From contig DNEP01000013.1 in NCBI GenBank assembly GCA_003487265.1, positions 125,736-189,735 of the forward strand: 64,000 nt of DNA. The letters are read 5' to 3'. Positions 60,005 to 64,000 of this stretch are shown piece after piece. A program made the translations under genes and the position numbers. Under the pieces are notes generated by a model. The model was given only the letters and a program-made list of their open reading frames with translations, searched no databases and was not told the origin of the DNA. Source of the stretch: Minisyncoccota bacterium (GTDB lineage Bacteria; Patescibacteriota; Microgenomatia; UBA1400; UBA12028). Each line of letters starts with the position of its first letter. Positions within the stretch are counted from its first letter, which is position 1.

Positions 60005-60454
60005 TCATTGATTTTTTTGCTCGTATTCCACAACCACTTGTTTACAGTATTCATATTGAACGGTCTGCACTGCCTGCTCTGAGTAGGTTCCAACTTGCTT
60101 GGTCACTTCGCTCACCACCGTTTCGATAATCTGACGTGCCACGGGAGTTGCGGTGGGATCCCCCGTCTGGGTCGATGCTTCGTCGGAAGAATTGTCGGTA
60201 GAGTTCTTGTTTTGTTGCAATTTTTCTGTGGCTAATCCCAAAATTTGCGAGATTTTCTCACTTGAGAACTCTTGTACTGCCTCTGTACTCACTTGAAGGT
60301 CAAATCCTTTTTTTTCATCGTTTTTCTGTTCGGCGTGAAGTGGGAGCGAAAGTCGCTGGGCAAGTTGTCTGCCTGCATCGGTTTGCGTGAGCGCGACATA
60401 TCCGCCAGTACAGGTACCCGCTAGGAGAAGAATTCGAAAAAGCAAAGATTTCAT
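60005..60454 (-). CDS. Hypothetical secreted protein
   Basis: Signal peptide MKSLLFRILLLAGTCTGGYVA. Acidic, low-complexity middle (NSTDNSSDEASTQTGDPTATP). No family recognised. Confidence 0.45.
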   Translation of the reverse strand: MKSLLFRILLLAGTCTGGYVALTQTDAGRQLAQRLSLPLHAEQKNDEKKGFDLQVSTEAVQEFSSEKISQILGLATEKLQQNKNSTDNSSDEASTQTGDPTATPVARQIIETVVSEVTKQVGTYSEQAVQTVQYEYCKQVVVEYEQKNQ

Positions 60455-60469
60455 GATGCTATCAGCGTA

Positions 60470-61678
60470 TCATTCGTAGCGTAGCGCCTCAATAGGCGAG
60501 AGGAGACTTGCCCTTCTCGCAGGAGCAACGCCAAAAATAACTCCAATGCCCACAGAAACACCAAATGCCAAAGCGATTGAAGAAAATGTGACAACCGCGG
60601 GAACAAACTGATTAATGAGAAGGGCGATGCTTATCGAAATCATCACTCCGATTCCTCCTCCGATAACCGAAAGAAGACTCGATTCAATTAAAAATTGAAG
60701 TAAGATTTGATTTGGTGTCGCTCCAATCGCTTTTCGTAACCCAATCTCTCTTGTGCGCTCCGTAACCGAAACCAACATAATATTCATGATCCCAATCCCT
60801 CCCACAACCAAAGAAATAGCCGCAATTCCACCAAGCCCGATGGTGAGTACTCCCAATATCTGGTCAATAACCTTGAGGATTTCTTTGGGCTCAATCACCG
60901 AAAACTCGTCATCTTCTAGTCGACGTAAAAAGGTCGACTTAATTTTTAAGATAGACTCGGCAACTCGCTCCTTGTCTCGAACTCGAATCACAATTTGTGA
61001 AATCGTTGTTGAATCAAACATCATTTGATACGTATCCGAGGGAATGTACACATACGAATCAAAATCCGGTCCACCAAAACTCCCCCCAATTTCCCCAGCT
61101 ACTCCGATAACAATAAACTGCTGACCGTTAATCGTGACACGTTTCCCGATCGGATCCACGTTTTGAAAAATATCATCTGAAATTTGACTTCCCAGTACCG
61201 CGACTCGTTTTCGTGAATCGCCCGCATCAGACAAAAATCGTCCTTTCGCAATCTCGAGATTTCGAATCTCTTTAAATGCGTCTTCTGTTCCAACAATCGT
61301 ACTGTCCTTTGTTGTGTTTTGGTACTTCATTTCTCCAGAGTTGACAAAAACAGGAACAACGAGCTCGACATCCTCTCGTAAACGGCGAAGTTCCGCAATA
61401 TCTGAAACACGTAATTTATTGTTGGCAAATGCGCTAATTTGACTTTCTTGACTAAATCCGCCACTACTGTTAAACACCTTTCCCGGTAATACCGTTACCG
61501 TGTTCGATCCCAGTTTGTCGAACTGACTCGTGATATACAGTCGAATTCCATCACCAATGCTAATCAACAAAATCACCGCACTCACGCCAATAATAACTCC
61601 AAGCATCGTGAGTAAGGAACGCGACTTGTTTGTTGTGATGGCGTGAAGAGCTATACGCGTTGTATCAAAAAACGTCAT
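60470..61678 (-). CDS. ABC transporter permease, MacB/FtsX-like
   Basis: N-terminal TM (SLLTMLGVIIGVSAVILLISIGDG), large periplasmic domain, three C-terminal TM helices. MacB_PCD architecture. Confidence 0.85.
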   Translation of the reverse strand: MTFFDTTRIALHAITTNKSRSLLTMLGVIIGVSAVILLISIGDGIRLYITSQFDKLGSNTVTVLPGKVFNSSGGFSQESQISAFANNKLRVSDIAELRRLREDVELVVPVFVNSGEMKYQNTTKDSTIVGTEDAFKEIRNLEIAKGRFLSDAGDSRKRVAVLGSQISDDIFQNVDPIGKRVTINGQQFIVIGVAGEIGGSFGGPDFDSYVYIPSDTYQMMFDSTTISQIVIRVRDKERVAESILKIKSTFLRRLEDDEFSVIEPKEILKVIDQILGVLTIGLGGIAAISLVVGGIGIMNIMLVSVTERTREIGLRKAIGATPNQILLQFLIESSLLSVIGGGIGVMISISIALLINQFVPAVVTFSSIALAFGVSVGIGVIFGVAPARRASLLSPIEALRYE

Positions 61679-62349
61679 ATCACATCTCCATCTCGCATGT
61701 GAATCACACGTTTTGCATATTTTGCAATATCTTCTTCGTGCGTGACCATCACGATTGTTTTTCCTTGTTTGTGGAGATCAGCGAGAATCTGCATGATCTC
61801 AACGGAACTTTTTGAGTCGAGATTTCCCGTTGGTTCATCAGCAAAAATTATCGAAGGATTATTCACAAGTGCGCGCGCAATCGCCACTCGCTGTTGTTGA
61901 CCTCCCGAAAGTTGGGAGCGTGTATTTTGAAGACGCTCACCAAGCCCAACGCGCACAAGCGCTTCTGTTGCACGGTGAATGCGCTCCAATCTACTCACTC
62001 CAGAATATAAAAGTGGAAGCGATACGTTTTCTAATGCCGAAACGCGATCCAGCAGATTAAATTGTTGAAAAATAAATCCAATCTGTTCGTTTCGGAGTTT
62101 TGCCAATTTTTTTTCCGAAAACTCCGTAACACGTTCTCCCGCCAAAAGAATATCTCCAGAAGTTGGCCCATCGAGAAAAGAGGCGACGTGAAGCAAGGTA
62201 GACTTCCCCGATCCCGACGGCCCCATCACCGCAACAAACTCCCCCTCGCGAATACACAGCGAAACATCATGAAGAGCGTGAATTTCAACCATTCCAACCG
62301 TGTACACCTTCGACACGTTTCTCAACTCAAGCATGCAGGTCTTTTTCAC
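61675..62349 (-). CDS. ABC transporter ATP-binding protein, MacB/LolD-like
   Basis: Walker A GPSGSGKSTLLHV. Signature [15 protein letters not shown]. Walker [13 protein letters not shown]. Confidence 0.9.
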   Translation of the reverse strand: MKKTCMLELRNVSKVYTVGMVEIHALHDVSLCIREGEFVAVMGPSGSGKSTLLHVASFLDGPTSGDILLAGERVTEFSEKKLAKLRNEQIGFIFQQFNLLDRVSALENVSLPLLYSGVSRLERIHRATEALVRVGLGERLQNTRSQLSGGQQQRVAIARALVNNPSIIFADEPTGNLDSKSSVEIMQILADLHKQGKTIVMVTHEEDIAKYAKRVIHMRDGDVI

Positions 62350-63347
62350 TTCTTCACAATCCTGTCTTCAGATGAAATACCAGAAAGCACCTCAACCTCA
62401 ACATCTGTTTCCAATCCTAAAATGATCTCTTTTTCAATTTTTTTGTTTTCCACCATCACCTCAACAAACGTTTTTCCATCGCGCGAAATGAGTGAGGACG
62501 CCGGAATCACAAGCGCGTCGCTTACTCGATCAAGTTCGATCTTCGCTGTTGCGTTCATTCCCAATCTGTACTGATCCATGTGTTCTACAGGAAGAGAAAG
62601 TTTCACTTTATACACCGTTCCATTTGAGGATTCTGAACTCGCATACGCAATTGAAGTAACTGTTGCGGATTCCTCTGTATCGGGAAGTGCATCGAAAATA
62701 ACTGTTGCGTTTTGGCCAACGCGAATTTTCGAGATATCCGCCTCGTCAACTTCAGTCTCAACATACAACGATGTGGGATTCACGATTTCAAAGACATCGG
62801 TTGCCACCAAAATCTCTCCCACTGTTTGTGCGGGTGAGGAAACTAACACACCATCGAAAGGTGCGTACAACGAACTGTTTTTCAAAATAATGTCTCTAAT
62901 TTCCACGGTCACGACAGCATTTTCGAGCGTGTTCTGTGTTTTTTCGCGCGTTCGATCAACCGCTGTGTCACCTTGTTTATCTTTCAAGTCATCCATCTTC
63001 TGATCAAAATCGATTCGTGTGTTCGAATAATCATTCAGATCTTTTTCGAGTTGTTTTTTTAGCTCTGATTTATCAATGCTTGCGATGGTTTGCCATTTTC
63101 TGACAACATCACCTTCTTTCGCCCCTAGGTACACAAGTTTCCCACCCGCTAAGAATCGAAGAGATGCCCGCTCATGAGCCTGTACCACTCCAGAAACTTG
63201 GATTGATTGAACCAGTTCTTTTTTTTCTGGAGTGATGGTGGTGATCTGTTCATTTGATTTTTTTGCACGAACCAACGCGCCTGCCCCAAAAATAAGCACA
63301 AGCACTCCAATGAGAATAACAAGCGGATGTTTCCAAAACGTTTTCAT
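62346..63347 (-). CDS. Efflux periplasmic adaptor (HlyD/MacA-like membrane fusion protein)
   Basis: N-terminal TM anchor. Predicted coiled-coil (SELKKQLEKDLNDYSNTRIDFDQKMDDLKDKQ). Beta-barrel-like C-terminus. 4-nt overlap with the ABC ATPase gene. Confidence 0.7.
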   Translation of the reverse strand: MKTFWKHPLVILIGVLVLIFGAGALVRAKKSNEQITTITPEKKELVQSIQVSGVVQAHERASLRFLAGGKLVYLGAKEGDVVRKWQTIASIDKSELKKQLEKDLNDYSNTRIDFDQKMDDLKDKQGDTAVDRTREKTQNTLENAVVTVEIRDIILKNSSLYAPFDGVLVSSPAQTVGEILVATDVFEIVNPTSLYVETEVDEADISKIRVGQNATVIFDALPDTEESATVTSIAYASSESSNGTVYKVKLSLPVEHMDQYRLGMNATAKIELDRVSDALVIPASSLISRDGKTFVEVMVENKKIEKEIILGLETDVEVEVLSGISSEDRIVKK

Positions 63348-63349
63348 TT

Positions 63350-63994
63350 TTATTTTCCCTTATCTGGTGTCTCTGTGATCATGAGATCAAAATCGAGTGT
63401 TTGATTGTACTCTAACAACCCATTTTTCTCAATACGAACGGTGTACGGATAGTTTGGAACACCCGGCTGCTTTCGAATACGTGCGGTGTATTCAAAATTG
63501 GACGGAACACTATCCTGAGTCCAATCAAAAACAATTTCTCGAGACTCCCCACCACCTACCTCGAGAAGGAAACCACAAACGGAAAGAGAAGTGTGGAGTT
63601 TTGAAAATTCAGCACAAGAAACTGGTTTTCCCTCGACTGAAATGGAGGGCGGTTCTGAAAATCTCCCATACACCCGCATATAATCCTTATATCTTCCCCC
63701 GTAATGAACTGGGGGCAGTGGATTTTCTGGATTGTTGTTTGTCACGGTAAAACGTATGGCGTGGCGAACGGCGTTTTCGGAAAGAAAAATGGTGTGGGAA
63801 ACCGATCGATCAATACAGCAGTCCGCCTTGTTTATTCCCACGTTCGCCTCGACAAAAGCGATGAAATCCTGATAACACTCCTCCACTTTGCATGTTTCGC
63901 TTTCAGGTTGAAGTGCTCCAGACCACCGATACTGTTCACTGAACTTTTGTAAAGCATCATCAGTGAACCAAACTTGAATCGTTCGATCGTTCAC
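63350..63994 (-). CDS. Hypothetical protein; may extend beyond the window edge
   Basis: 214-aa ORF ending 2 nt from the adaptor gene. Cys-rich N-terminal part. No TM. No homology recognised. Confidence 0.45.
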   Translation of the reverse strand: MNDRTIQVWFTDDALQKFSEQYRWSGALQPESETCKVEECYQDFIAFVEANVGINKADCCIDRSVSHTIFLSENAVRHAIRFTVTNNNPENPLPPVHYGGRYKDYMRVYGRFSEPPSISVEGKPVSCAEFSKLHTSLSVCGFLLEVGGGESREIVFDWTQDSVPSNFEYTARIRKQPGVPNYPYTVRIEKNGLLEYNQTLDFDLMITETPDKGK

Positions 63995-64000
63995 CGACCG

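Noticed and set aside
1-64000. Scan for CRISPR arrays, tandem direct repeats, rRNA or tRNA genes, and transposase or integrase genes
   Set aside because: No regularly spaced repeats, no cloverleaf-like conserved tRNA motifs and no recombinase-like ORFs were seen. Nearly all sequence is occupied by protein-coding genes.

Overview
Dense bacterial window with almost no intergenic space. Roughly 485..45128 is an unusually large envelope/protein-glycosylation island. It sits in three tightly overlapping, mostly minus-strand gene runs with many 4-nt ATGA stop/start overlaps. It holds at least 14 polytopic GT-C-type membrane glycosyltransferase candidates: six tandem PMT_2/GT39-like paralogs, three YfhO-like family-A paralogs, three family-B paralogs, one clear YfhO homolog and one ArnT-like. 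It also holds eight GT2 polyprenyl-phosphate-sugar-synthase-like enzymes, one of them a GtrA fusion, plus one GT4, a Wzx-type flippase and a SAM methyltransferase. Sugar-nucleotide genes present are a galE-like epimerase, gmd plus rmd for GDP-D-rhamnose, ugd, and rmlB/C/D for dTDP-L-rhamnose without rmlA. The most unusual element is a 1201-aa, highly divergent SecA-family DEAD-motor ATPase at 39335..42940. It lies inside the glycan operon, exactly between gmd and rmd. The right part of the window is housekeeping and envelope: trmD, LCP family protein, ZIP transporter, trans-polyprenyl synthase, Lon with a CIRCE-like operator, VanZ-like, a secreted tandem lamin-tail-domain protein, an ftsE-ftsX-envC-like operon whose M23 domain has its two halves in reversed order, prfB as a single ORF without frameshift, and a MacAB-like ABC exporter with adaptor. 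No rRNA, tRNA, CRISPR or mobile-element genes were recognised. Content and style (PMT_2 expansions, LTD proteins, monoderm-like envelope genes) suggest a Patescibacteria/CPR-like or similar small-genome organism, which is tentative. Standard code appears in use because TGA acts as stop in the ATGA overlaps.
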